64,000 nt of DNA from an uncultured Bacilli bacterium (GCA_910583745.1 CAJTZC010000007.1:1163-65162); one strand, 5' to 3'. Counted from the stretch's first letter, positions 39,926-50,076 are shown. Numbers and translations are program-made. The notes: generated from the letters alone by a model not told the origin.

Positions 39926-40591
39926 ATGAATTCTAAAAATTTGATAATAAATACTATTTGTTTTATATTTTTAAGTATTATAACGTATGTTTATATTTGT
40001 TGTAACAACTCTTTTATAACTACGCCTGATGGAACTGTTTATACAGACGCATGGGACAGAATCTTCCTAACCCCTAAAATCAAAGAGGATATAAATTTTT
40101 TCCTTTCTACTGATATATTTACTTTCGATGATGGTACTATAAGTGATACAGCAAAAATATATATTTCTGTTTCAGAGAGACATCATAGAGTAACTGGAAC
40201 GTTAGAAATTACTGGAACTTTCGTTGATATACTATCAATAGAAAAACTTTTCAACGATTTAAATTTAATTACTAGTACTAACAGGCTTAATAGTATTTTA
40301 GAATTTTTTCCAACCGAAATAAATATGAAAGATATGTGTGGTTATATTAACCAAAAAGAAAAGACATTCGAAATAAACTTAATGGAGGATTTATTATTAA
40401 ATCCAACTGGATTAGATATTAAACTTCATAATGTGGAGCTTCATAAAATTTTCTCTGAAGCAAACAAAAAGCAACTAAAAAATATTAGAAATCTTTTTCT
40501 TAAAATTGAATTTATTAATTTATTTATATTAATATTTTTAACTGTCCTTAGCAAAAATGTAAAAAGATTGTTCGTTAATTTTAACAAATAA
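39926..40591 (+). CDS. N-terminally anchored membrane protein of unknown function
   Basis: The RBS AGAGGTG precedes ATG at ~39926. A single TM (LIINTICFIFLSIITYVYICC) is followed by a ~190-aa extracytoplasmic domain. Confidence 0.45.
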   Translation: MNSKNLIINTICFIFLSIITYVYICCNNSFITTPDGTVYTDAWDRIFLTPKIKEDINFFLSTDIFTFDDGTISDTAKIYISVSERHHRVTGTLEITGTFVDILSIEKLFNDLNLITSTNRLNSILEFFPTEINMKDMCGYINQKEKTFEINLMEDLLLNPTGLDIKLHNVELHKIFSEANKKQLKNIRNLFLKIEFINLFILIFLTVLSKNVKRLFVNFNK

Positions 40592-40935
40592 CTACTTATC
40601 TTATTTTTACTTATTTAAATGCGCCTTTAATTTGTCATGGATATAGTCAAAATTATGTTATAAATGATATGACTCGCCATGTAATCCAGTTTGAATTTTA
40701 TCTAGTAAGATATAGTCATCGTCTAAAATTCTAAACAATAATCCACATTCACTAATATCAAAGTTTCTCAAAGATAATATAGGTAATTATATAACAGTAA
40801 AATGCTCTTTACAAGATATGACTTGCAATCCAGAAAAGAGTGCACAGTAAATGCACTCTTCAAATTGTAAACGAAGTGGTATATTCAAAATGAATATGCT
40901 ACTTTTTTTGCTAATAAAAGAACTGTTGAATATGT

Positions 40936-41700
40936 TTAATTTTCTACACTTATTTTTACTTCAATTATTTTGGAATTGTTTTCGCTATCCTTATATTCTA
41001 CATTGGCTTTTAAGTTTTTTAAATCTTTATACGTGTTATTTTTATTAAATTTACCTACATAATTTGTATGAAAACTTTCTAAAAATTCGTTAATATACTT
41101 ATCACCTTTATCGCTTTCTAAAATATGTGATACTAAAATGTTATCGTTTATATAAAATGTTATTTTGACATAATCGGTTTTTATTTCCTGGGTTGTACCT
41201 GTGTATATATCTGAATACAGCAAACTATTTACATTTATTATAAAATCCTCTTTATTATAAATGACAGTTCCTGAAATAGCAAAATCGCTGTTTTGTTCAT
41301 CATGAGAAAAATTCATTATTCTATATTTGTAATAATCTGTTCTTAGTAAAGTAAACGCGAAAGCACAAATTAAGATTATAACTATACTTAAAAAGATTTT
41401 TGTGATTTTATTTTTATATAGTTTATTATAAAATTTAATGGCTTCTATGTTTATATCCTGATTATCCTTTTCTTTTCTCGATATTTTTTCGCCCTGAATA
41501 ATTTCCTCAATCGAAGTATCCAATGTTTTTGCAAGTGGGCTTAATAACGCAATATCAGGAGAACTTAATCCCCTTTCCCACTTCGATATTGTTCTTCGGT
41601 CTATCCCTCCCAAGAGTTCTCCTAGTTTTTCTTGTGTTATATTTTTTTCTTTTCTTAACTCCGCAATAAAATTTCCCATTTTGATAAAATCCATCTTCAT
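40936..41700 (-). CDS. XRE-family HTH regulator with a TM segment and extracytoplasmic domain
   Basis: The N-terminal HTH_3 is FIAELRKEKNITQEKLGELLGGIDRRTISKWERG. A TM helix spans ~residues 105-125. A ~130-aa C-terminal domain follows. Confidence 0.7.
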   Translation of the reverse strand: MKMDFIKMGNFIAELRKEKNITQEKLGELLGGIDRRTISKWERGLSSPDIALLSPLAKTLDTSIEEIIQGEKISRKEKDNQDINIEAIKFYNKLYKNKITKIFLSIVIILICAFAFTLLRTDYYKYRIMNFSHDEQNSDFAISGTVIYNKEDFIINVNSLLYSDIYTGTTQEIKTDYVKITFYINDNILVSHILESDKGDKYINEFLESFHTNYVGKFNKNNTYKDLKNLKANVEYKDSENNSKIIEVKISVEN

Positions 41701-41862
41701 CTCGTCCTTTTTTATATATTAACACAGATTGATTTAAAATACAAAAAATGCTTTGAAACTTTTCTAGGCTTCATTACGGTGATATTGTAATTTTGCAAAT
41801 AATATCATTAAATTTATTTGTGCCGAGAATTAACCATATTAAAAAAACCCAAATGGGTTCCT

Positions 41863-44556
41863 TTAATTTACTGTGAACTTTTTCGTAAGCGTCACATTTT
41901 TTTCATCTTTATCTATTGTGCGAATTGTCAATTGATATTCACCAGTTGTTAAAACGTGGTTTAGTAGTTCTATGCTTAGATGATTAGGTATGTCATTATT
42001 GATTGAATATAATATCTTAGATGGAAGTGAACCATCTTGAACAACAGATAATTCGATATCGTCTGATGTTATCCAGCCTATTGCTTCATTAAAATCGATT
42101 GAAATAGACTTGTTGTTTTTTACTTCGAAATTAGTGATTTTTAATGTGCTTCCACTTGGGTCTGGTTCTTCTGGATTGACATAAGCTGGTATCTTGTAAT
42201 GGTCTACAAAGCCTACTCTATAATTTCCCGCGTCATCGACGAACAATGCCCATAATCTCGTATTGTTTGTAACAGTGATACCTGTTAAATCGACAGTTAA
42301 TGTATTTGGACCTTCGTGCAATTTTTGTTGTTTACTCGATATAGCGCCTGTCAAAACATCTGAAGCGAATGGGGTGGTAGAATTATAATCGTAGATAGCA
42401 CCATTCCATTCGTAAACGCCATAATATATCATGCCCGCTTCGTCGGAGTTAAAACTTAAAGAAGCAGAATTTTCATTTGGTCTTGTGACATTGTCTACTG
42501 CGCCTCTGATTACAGGTGGGTCGAAATGTGAGACAAAGCTCGATTCGATGCTCTCCGTATCAGAGATGTCGATTTTCACTCTGTATTTGTTGTCTTTGTG
42601 TCCATAATTATCAGGGACTACTAAGATATAAGTTAGTAGGTCTGGACTTACTGTGAATTTCGCATTTTTCGTAGTGAGGTTTGATTCCTGTGGACATATA
42701 ATTTCAAAGTCTTGTAATGTCAAAGCTTTTTTTGGAGCTTTATTCAGTTTGAAGACAAATCGGTTTGTTATCTCTTCTGCAGCATAAACTATTTGGTATT
42801 CACTCGTAGAAGGTTCCGTCACTTGATTTGTTATTTCGAAAGGACCTTTTACTGCTGAAGTATTATTAAAATAGCCTTCTATGACATAATAAAGATTGTA
42901 TGATTTGCCTTCTTCTAAATTTGTAATGCCGACAGAATTATAGCCGACTTTTACTCGTTCAGATTTGCCGTTTGCTTTGATAGATTCTGGAGTGAATGTT
43001 CCTCTTGCCGAAGCATCCTCAATCATATAGTAAAGAATACCACCTTCGTCGACTCCATACATTTCTAATGTTGCTTCTGTGTTCGAAATTCTATCTATCA
43101 CAACTTTATTGACTGTAGGATTCGCATAGTCTGTATCGAACTCTCTACTTATAATGTTTCCATTTGGAAGTGTGATGTAGAGTTCATAAGAATCATTTTT
43201 ATAATAGGAAGTGGAAAGTGTGTATGTCATATCGTCTTTGGTCGTCAAGTTGAATAGAGAGATACTCTTTCCCTTTGTACAGATTACAGACACATCGTTC
43301 AACGTCAATTTTGTGGCTTTACTTAAAGTAAATGTTACACTGCTTTGTGAAGTGGAATGTACATCAGTAAGAGTGATATCGTTTTCTTTTCGGATAAGAA
43401 CATTGTCGACGTCTGTATCCAATTCAGGTTTATTGATGACTTCTGCATAAATCAGCGTATCGTTTGCAGATATTTTTGCATTGGTAATCGTGCCATTTCC
43501 TGAAACAGTACTGTTGTTTCCTCTATTTTCGAAGTTCGTAATGTTGCTCGAACTACTAATTCTTATCGAACTGCTGGATTCATTCACAAAGTTTTCCACA
43601 TTGGATGTGACAACTATTGTAGAGTTGCTACCATTGTTAGTAAGGTTTGTCACTGAATTATTTATATTGACTGTTCCGTTAGTATTTAAAGTAACATTTT
43701 CACTTGGAATATTTAACACGACTTCTGTACCGTCTGTTACTTGAATATTAGCAACTTTGCTCGTGCCATTGATTTCGACGTTGCCACTGATAGCGATGTC
43801 TTGTACTGTACTTCCTGTACCAAAGTTGACGGTTGGCCCTTCTAAAGCTTTATTCATTTGGAAAAGTGATTTGGATCTGAATAAGCGTGCGAACATTGTA
43901 GGTGTATCTGCTGATATTTCAAGAGAGTTAATCTTAGAATTTACTACGTCTAATTGATAATTGTTCGGCTTTTCTAACGTCATTTTGGTCGTAACTTCTA
44001 CGTCTTCTAACGTTATTCTTACATTTTTTTCAATATCAGAACTTATAATCAATGTTCCATATTTTTTGTTTTTTAGTGAGACGACTCCATTTTCGACCAT
44101 GCTGTTTGTCACTTTGAACGCGTCTACCAACTCCGGTGTATCTGGTTCCGTTGGCTGGTCAGGGTTTACTGGTTTATCAGGCTCAGTAGGCTTTTCAGGA
44201 ACATCCGGGTTTTCCGGCACGTTTGGTTCTGATGGTTCTTGTGGCTTAGAAGGAACATTTGGCTTGTTTCCAGTAGATGAACCAGGTTTATTCGGTTTAG
44301 AAGTGTCTGGGTTTGATACTACTGGCTTTTTTTCGTCCTCTTGGTCTTCCCCTTCCTCTTCAGTTTGAGTGGAATCATCAGGAATGGTACCTTTGTCAGG
44401 TTCCTTGTCGTCATTTTGAACTGGGTCCTTTTTATCAGGTATCGATTGAGGCGGATTCTCCTCTAATTTTTTGTTGTGGTTTATTGCAAGAAATGCACCA
44501 CCACTTATTATTCCAATTGTAATTATAGTAGCTATAATTGCATTTTTGATTTTCAT
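41863..44556 (-). CDS. large cell-surface protein
   Basis: 897-aa protein with an N-terminal signal-anchor, a Pro/Glu/Asp-rich linker (PEKPTEPDKPVNPDQPTEPDTPE), then a long beta-rich, Asn/Thr/Ser-rich region with internal repeats. No LPXTG motif is present. Confidence 0.6.
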   Translation of the reverse strand: MKIKNAIIATIITIGIISGGAFLAINHNKKLEENPPQSIPDKKDPVQNDDKEPDKGTIPDDSTQTEEEGEDQEDEKKPVVSNPDTSKPNKPGSSTGNKPNVPSKPQEPSEPNVPENPDVPEKPTEPDKPVNPDQPTEPDTPELVDAFKVTNSMVENGVVSLKNKKYGTLIISSDIEKNVRITLEDVEVTTKMTLEKPNNYQLDVVNSKINSLEISADTPTMFARLFRSKSLFQMNKALEGPTVNFGTGSTVQDIAISGNVEINGTSKVANIQVTDGTEVVLNIPSENVTLNTNGTVNINNSVTNLTNNGSNSTIVVTSNVENFVNESSSSIRISSSSNITNFENRGNNSTVSGNGTITNAKISANDTLIYAEVINKPELDTDVDNVLIRKENDITLTDVHSTSQSSVTFTLSKATKLTLNDVSVICTKGKSISLFNLTTKDDMTYTLSTSYYKNDSYELYITLPNGNIISREFDTDYANPTVNKVVIDRISNTEATLEMYGVDEGGILYYMIEDASARGTFTPESIKANGKSERVKVGYNSVGITNLEEGKSYNLYYVIEGYFNNTSAVKGPFEITNQVTEPSTSEYQIVYAAEEITNRFVFKLNKAPKKALTLQDFEIICPQESNLTTKNAKFTVSPDLLTYILVVPDNYGHKDNKYRVKIDISDTESIESSFVSHFDPPVIRGAVDNVTRPNENSASLSFNSDEAGMIYYGVYEWNGAIYDYNSTTPFASDVLTGAISSKQQKLHEGPNTLTVDLTGITVTNNTRLWALFVDDAGNYRVGFVDHYKIPAYVNPEEPDPSGSTLKITNFEVKNNKSISIDFNEAIGWITSDDIELSVVQDGSLPSKILYSINNDIPNHLSIELLNHVLTTGEYQLTIRTIDKDEKNVTLTKKFTVN

Positions 44557-44681
44557 TTTATTACATCCTCCATATCATATTTTCACATATTTTTTCTCTT
44601 CTGTCAAATAATTATGAATCAAGATGACATTCTATTCGTACTATAGAAAAAACCTCCAGTTTCAACTGAATGGTTTGTGTC

Positions 44682-45443
44682 TTATTCGTTCGGATTTTTT
44701 TGTTGTAGTGCGAAAATCTTTCCAAAATTTTCACTGAGTCTTTCTGACTCTTCTAACGAAAAACCTTTTTCAGCAAAGTAGCTTGGAAGGTTTCCAGTCT
44801 CGTATAATTGTTGCAAATACATTCTATCTTTATAGAGTTTACTTATCATTCTAAGTCTTTTTATCATATTGTTTCTTATGGTCTTATTATAATCTTCTAA
44901 ACTTTGCCATGGCTCTTCTGTCGTATATGATAGTGGAGCATCTTCACTGGTTAGTCTGTCTTTTTCCGCTTCCAATTGGCAAATCGCTTGATTTAATTCT
45001 AAAATCTGAGCTTCAAGGACTGGAATTCTATTTTTATTGTTAAAGAATCTTTTAATGACTAATATAGGTGTGCCTACTGATACGATTACTATTGTCGCTA
45101 AAAGAGGAGCTGACGTAAAAATCAATTCTGTGAGTGTCATCTGCATCTCTTTGGCAAAATCTGCTATATCTAATCCTATTTTACCTGTAATTAACCAAAA
45201 CGCTAAAATCTCTAGGACTAGAACAGCTAGCTTGCCTTTAGAAGTGGAAGATTTACTGCCTTCTAACTCTTTTTGGAGAGAGTCAATTTTTGTTTTTAAA
45301 CATTCTAACTCGTTTTCTATTTTTATTATTTCTACTGCATATTTAGTAGATGGAACCTTTCGTGGTCCATTGTCGTCATTAATATATATTGTTTCGTTCG
45401 ATTTTTTGTATTCGTTATTCATAATTTTTACTCCTGTTCTCAT
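44682..45443 (-). CDS. coiled-coil membrane protein, paralogue family member 1
   Basis: 253-aa protein. An N-terminal ~80-aa soluble region (MNNEYKKSNETIYIND...) is followed by 2 TMs and a C-terminal coiled coil. It has the same architecture as the next gene. Confidence 0.5.
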   Translation of the reverse strand: MRTGVKIMNNEYKKSNETIYINDDNGPRKVPSTKYAVEIIKIENELECLKTKIDSLQKELEGSKSSTSKGKLAVLVLEILAFWLITGKIGLDIADFAKEMQMTLTELIFTSAPLLATIVIVSVGTPILVIKRFFNNKNRIPVLEAQILELNQAICQLEAEKDRLTSEDAPLSYTTEEPWQSLEDYNKTIRNNMIKRLRMISKLYKDRMYLQQLYETGNLPSYFAEKGFSLEESERLSENFGKIFALQQKNPNE

Positions 45444-45454
45444 AAAAAAAGATT

Positions 45455-46315
45455 TTAATTCTGTTTTGAATTGTCCGTTGGTTGCATTAAAAATCTTTTT
45501 TCTAACGTTTCTTTAATCGTTTCTACATCTGTCCCCATGATTGTTCCTGGAGATAGTAATGAATCAATTTCCGCTCCTTGTAGCAGCTCCCTTAAAGTTT
45601 CGCGTATTTCTTCTAAATCGTTTATTTTTCTCAATCTAGCCAAGATGCTTTCTTCCAGTTGACGATTGTAGTCTGCAAGAGAAATTACTTGGTCCGATGG
45701 TGTTATTTCTGTTGTCTCTTTCGAAGTGAGATGTTGCTCTAAATCCGCTTTTCGTGTCTCTAACTTTTTTAGTTCACTTTCTAAATTGGTTATTTCCTCT
45801 TCTAACTGTACGGCTTGTAGTTCACTTTTTCGGTACTCTTTTTTTCCTTTATATATTGTCCAGCTAGCAATTGATATACCTAAGATTAGTAATCCTATCG
45901 TTTGAGCTTGATGATGTTGGAATGCATATAACAGATTGTACCATTCGTCGACTTCCGCATTGAACCATGGAAAGAGACATGCGATAAATAACGTTGTTAA
46001 TGGATATAATGGGGCTAGAAGTAGGGGGCTATATTTTGCACTTGGCGTTAAATCTTTCTTAGTTCTTCGATAACTCTCTTTTTTTTGTTTTAATGTTGTT
46101 TTTTTCTCTTCGATGGCAAGAGACAGTTTATCTAAGAAAAGATTTAAAAGTCCTTCGTTTAAATTTTCCAACCTTAATCTGGTATCAGCATCCGGTGTAT
46201 CTTGAATTTCACTTAGTGTACCTTTGTCTGAACTTACTATGATGCTTCCGTCTGCTTTTTTGTATTCTTGATTCATTTTATTTAACTCGCCTTTCTTCGG
46301 GATGTATGCTAACAC
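45455..46315 (-). CDS. coiled-coil membrane protein, paralogue family member 2
   Basis: 286-aa protein (MNQEYKKADGSIIVSSD...) with 2 TMs and the coiled coil LQAVQLEEEITNLESELKKLETRKADLEQ. Confidence 0.5.
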   Translation of the reverse strand: MLAYIPKKGELNKMNQEYKKADGSIIVSSDKGTLSEIQDTPDADTRLRLENLNEGLLNLFLDKLSLAIEEKKTTLKQKKESYRRTKKDLTPSAKYSPLLLAPLYPLTTLFIACLFPWFNAEVDEWYNLLYAFQHHQAQTIGLLILGISIASWTIYKGKKEYRKSELQAVQLEEEITNLESELKKLETRKADLEQHLTSKETTEITPSDQVISLADYNRQLEESILARLRKINDLEEIRETLRELLQGAEIDSLLSPGTIMGTDVETIKETLEKRFLMQPTDNSKQN

Positions 46316-46396
46316 ACAAAAAAAAATTTGTCAACTTTTTTAAGTGTAATTGATTTTGATGGCAGATACCGACCATTGTGAAATTTTAGAACTGTT

Positions 46397-47200
46397 TTAA
46401 TAGGATATTGGACCGTCAGTAGGTTGCACTGAAAATCTTTTTTCTAATGTTTCTTTAATCGTTGCTACATCTGTCCCCATGATTGTTCCTGGAGATAGTA
46501 ATGAATCAATTTCCGTTCCTTGTAGCAGCTCCCTTAAGGTTTCGCGTATTTCTTCTAAATCGTTTATTTTTCTCAATCTATTCAGGAGGCTTTTCTCAAG
46601 TTGCCGATAGTATTCTGCTAGAAATGTTGTCGTTTCGTCTGGTTTTATTTCTGTTGTCTCCTTCGAAGCGAGATATTGCTTTAGATCTGCTTTTTGTGTC
46701 TCTAACTTTTTTAGTTCACTTTCTAAATCGGAAATTTCCTCTTCTAACTGAGCGGCTTGTAGTTCACTTTTTCGGTACTCTTTTTTTCCTATATATATTA
46801 CCAAGCCAGCAATTGATATACCTAAGATTAGTAATCCTATCGTTTGAGCTTGATGATGTTGGAATGCATATAACAGATTGTACCATTCGTCGACTTCCGC
46901 ATTGAACCATGGAAAGAGACATGCGATAAATAACGTCTCTAATGGGAATATTAATGAGTAAATTGTTAATTTATACTTTGTCCATGGTGTTAAATCTTTC
47001 TTAGTTCTCCGATAACTTTCTTTTTTTGTTTTATCGATGGCAAGAGACAGTTTATCTAAGAAGAGATTTAAAAGCCCTTCGTTTAAATTTTCAAACTTTA
47101 ATCTGGTATCAGCATCCGGTGTATCTTGAATCTTACTTAATGTACCTTTGTCTGAACTATAATGTTTTCGTCTGTTTTTTGGTATTCTTGATTCATATTT
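46397..47200 (-). pseudogene. decayed tandem duplicate of the 286-aa coiled-coil membrane protein gene
   Basis: 46397-46804 encodes a 135-aa ORF ~85% identical to the C-terminal half of the upstream paralogue. DNA at 46805-47200 is ~90% identical to 45855-46300 but carries small deletions that break the N-terminal reading frame. Confidence 0.65.
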
Positions 47201-47256
47201 TTCAACTCACTTCTTTTGTGGTACATATAGTATATCATTTCAGTTAAATTATCAAG

Positions 47257-47901
47257 TTAAATTTCTTCTAGCATTATCGTCTTGAATAAATTCACTAAAT
47301 TTTCTGCATAGAGTTCGCCTTTCCCGCCGATTTCTTTTTCTAGGGTGCAACTCTCCAACTCTGCGAGGGCTTCTTTCTCTGTCAAAGTTTTGTTATAAAC
47401 TCTTTGCGAAGTCATTGCGTCGTAAGAATCGACGATTCCCAATATTTTTGCTCCGATGCTCAAGTCTTGAAGACCATTGGGGTAGCCACTTCCGTCAATC
47501 CTTTCGTGATGTTCTTTGATTATTGCAATTATATGCTCGTTCAAAATGCCATTTAAAATCTCTTCTGATTTTTGGCAATGGGTTTTGATAATGTCGAATT
47601 CCTCGTCAGTTAGTCTACTGCGTTTTCCGATTATTTCTTTTGAAATACAATGTTTCCCGATGTCGTGAAAAAGAGCTGCAAAATATATTTCGATTTGTGC
47701 CTCTATATCGAGTTGCAGTCTTTCTGCCAATTTCTTGGAAAGATATGCGACACGGAGGGAATGTCCACTTTCGATTTCCTCTGTTCTTTCAATTTCTTCA
47801 TTCCACTCTAACAAATCGGCAATTCTTTCGAATGCCGACGGAGTCTTTGCTATATTTTTATGGGTTAACATCTCTTGTAAGAGTTTTTGCTCTTTTGTCA
47901 T
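47257..47901 (-). CDS. HD-GYP domain protein (putative c-di-GMP phosphodiesterase)
   Basis: 214-aa protein with HDIGK and HHERIDGSGYPNGL motifs. Confidence 0.8.
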   Translation of the reverse strand: MTKEQKLLQEMLTHKNIAKTPSAFERIADLLEWNEEIERTEEIESGHSLRVAYLSKKLAERLQLDIEAQIEIYFAALFHDIGKHCISKEIIGKRSRLTDEEFDIIKTHCQKSEEILNGILNEHIIAIIKEHHERIDGSGYPNGLQDLSIGAKILGIVDSYDAMTSQRVYNKTLTEKEALAELESCTLEKEIGGKGELYAENLVNLFKTIMLEEI

Positions 47902-47905
47902 TGGG

Positions 47906-48709
47906 TTATTTCCTTTCTGTGGTGTTTGTGAGGTCTATGAATGTTTCCAGGTCTAATTCTTCTGCTCTGGAACTTAAATCATAGCCATGTTTTCTAAGTG
48001 TCTTCTGTACTTTTGCTAAATCGTAGTTTTTCAGGTTGTTATTAATCGTCTTTCTTTTAAATTGAAATGAATCTTTTAGCAACTGTTTAAATCTATCGTA
48101 GTCGAGATTCACTTTTGCTTTTTTTGATAATTTTAGTACGGCACTGTCGACGGCTGGGACGGGACGAAAATTTTTTCTGCCGACTTCTGTGACAATCTTT
48201 ATATTATAATGGTAGTTCAGTAGGACGGTCATGTAACCGTATTCTCTCGTTTTAGGCTTTGCCATAAATCGGTCTGCCACCTCTTTTTGAACCATTATCA
48301 CTATTTCTTCTGGCTCTAAAGCGAATTCTACGATTCTATCCAGTATAGGCGTCGTAATGTAGTAAGGCAAATTTCCTATGATAAATAATCTTTGGTAATG
48401 ATATGCTCTCAATATGGAAATTATGTCTGCTGATAAAAAGTCTTCGTATACTATTCTTGTCTTTTCATCTTCTAAAGGAGAAAGATATTTCTCGACTTCC
48501 CGGTCAATTTCGAATGCGATGAGAGGACAGTTGTATTTCTTAAGTTTTTTAGTAAGGGCTCCTCCACCTGGACCGATTTCTAGAATCAAGTCTTCCTCGG
48601 TCGGATTGATTGCATCGACGATTTTATCAGAGATTGTCTCTGAAGTTAGAAAGTTTTGACCATATTTTTTTTTGAATTTAAAGCTAGACATCGATTTCAC
48701 CGTCCTCAT
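47906..48709 (-). CDS. rsmA: 16S rRNA (adenine1518/1519-N6)-dimethyltransferase
   Basis: 267-aa protein with FKFKKKYGQNFL and the SAM-binding motif LEIGPGGGALT. Confidence 0.9.
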   Translation of the reverse strand: MRTVKSMSSFKFKKKYGQNFLTSETISDKIVDAINPTEEDLILEIGPGGGALTKKLKKYNCPLIAFEIDREVEKYLSPLEDEKTRIVYEDFLSADIISILRAYHYQRLFIIGNLPYYITTPILDRIVEFALEPEEIVIMVQKEVADRFMAKPKTREYGYMTVLLNYHYNIKIVTEVGRKNFRPVPAVDSAVLKLSKKAKVNLDYDRFKQLLKDSFQFKRKTINNNLKNYDLAKVQKTLRKHGYDLSSRAEELDLETFIDLTNTTERK

Positions 48710-48739
48710 CCTATTTTTGCTTTTGTGAAAAAAAGAACA

Positions 48740-49288
48740 TCACGTTCTCTCTCGTTTCCAACCAAATCTCAGTACGTCGTAGTTTATTTTTCTTCTGCCG
48801 ACTTTCGTAAGGGCTGTTGCATTAGAATCTACGAGTAAGTCTAGAGATGTCCCTGTCACTCCTCGATCCAAAACGATTGCTGTAATCTCTCCTGTATTCG
48901 ATACAGTATCGTTTTTAAAGCGGACTATTGATCCACAAGGAAGGCTGCTAGAAGAAGCGACGATGCGAACGGTTCCATACTGGCTATCGGAATACTCTGT
49001 CGTTCCATCTAAAACATTTTGTCCAGTACAGCCAAGTCTGCCACTACAAAGTGGGCAATTGGCTACGTATCCTGTAAGAGTGCCTGTATAGCTATCTAAA
49101 ACTTGGTTTAAATCTTCGTACTTAAAGTTGTCTATTACTTTTGCCATTGCGTTGAGATTTAAGTTTTTGTTGAGATTAATATTTGAAGTCGTTGCAACGC
49201 TTGTGATGCTACTATTTTGGAAACACAATATAGTTCCAACTAATATACAAGTGCAACCAATTTTATATAGTGTTCGTATGTTTTTCAT
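48740..49288 (-). CDS. 3D-domain (MltA-like) cell-wall-binding protein, YabE-like but short
   Basis: 182-aa protein with a signal/TM and a C-terminal 3D-domain-like region (AIVLDRGVTGTSLDLL). Confidence 0.55.
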   Translation of the reverse strand: MKNIRTLYKIGCTCILVGTILCFQNSSITSVATTSNINLNKNLNLNAMAKVIDNFKYEDLNQVLDSYTGTLTGYVANCPLCSGRLGCTGQNVLDGTTEYSDSQYGTVRIVASSSSLPCGSIVRFKNDTVSNTGEITAIVLDRGVTGTSLDLLVDSNATALTKVGRRKINYDVLRFGWKRERT

Positions 49289-49329
49289 TTAGACTACTCC
49301 TTATATAAGACAGTTTATCATATTGTACG

Positions 49330-50076
49330 TCAAATGTCAAAAAGGTCATGTACATTTTGTTCGGTAATGTTCGACAAATCCTCTAACGTTATTCCTAGGA
49401 CTTCGCTTATAAATTTAGCAATATGGAGAACATTTTTTGGTTCGTTTTTTGTTCCACGAAGTGGTTCTGGTGACAAGTACGGACTGTCGGTTTCAAAAAG
49501 TATAGCTTCTAGAGGTATTTCTTTGAGAATTTCTTTCAGTTTTGCGTTTTTAAATGTTGTCACTCCACCAAAACCGAGTTTGTATCCCATTTTTAAATAG
49601 ATTTTTGCCGTTTCGAGGCTTCCAGTGAAGCAGTGGATGCTGCCTTTGACTGCAGGGAATTTTTTTAAGGTATTTATCGTATCGAGTGTGGCATCTCTCG
49701 AATGGATAATGACAGGTTTCGAATACTTTTCTGCTAGTTTCAGTTGTTCCTCGAGGAGATTCAACTGGGTTTCTCTGTCATATCCTTCATAATGATAGTC
49801 GAGACCGATTTCTCCTATCGCGACGACTTCATGGATATGCTCTTCTATAAAAGCTAAGTTTTCTTTTGTAAAATCTTCTGTGGAATCGGGATGAATACCT
49901 ATCGCGCCGTATAGAGAGTCGTATTTTCTAGAAAGTTCTAGAACTTCTTCTGAAGTTTGGCGATTGCTTCCATTGTTTATCATCTTATGAATTCCAGTAT
50001 CCTTAGCATCTTTTATCACTTTATCGATATTGTCATAATCCTCTTCTAATATATGGCAGTGCGTGTCTGTAAACAT
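49330..50076 (-). CDS. tatD: TatD-family metal-dependent DNase/hydrolase (YabD-like)
   Basis: 248-aa protein beginning MFTDTHCHI, with TatD-type HxH and later metal ligands. Confidence 0.88.
   Translation of the reverse strand: MFTDTHCHILEEDYDNIDKVIKDAKDTGIHKMINNGSNRQTSEEVLELSRKYDSLYGAIGIHPDSTEDFTKENLAFIEEHIHEVVAIGEIGLDYHYEGYDRETQLNLLEEQLKLAEKYSKPVIIHSRDATLDTINTLKKFPAVKGSIHCFTGSLETAKIYLKMGYKLGFGGVTTFKNAKLKEILKEIPLEAILFETDSPYLSPEPLRGTKNEPKNVLHIAKFISEVLGITLEDLSNITEQNVHDLFDI

Noticed and set aside
37346-47905. A prophage origin of the yabG-ksgA island
   Set aside because: It has no capsid, tail, terminase, integrase or lysis genes. It carries only an IS element plus surface or regulatory cargo.
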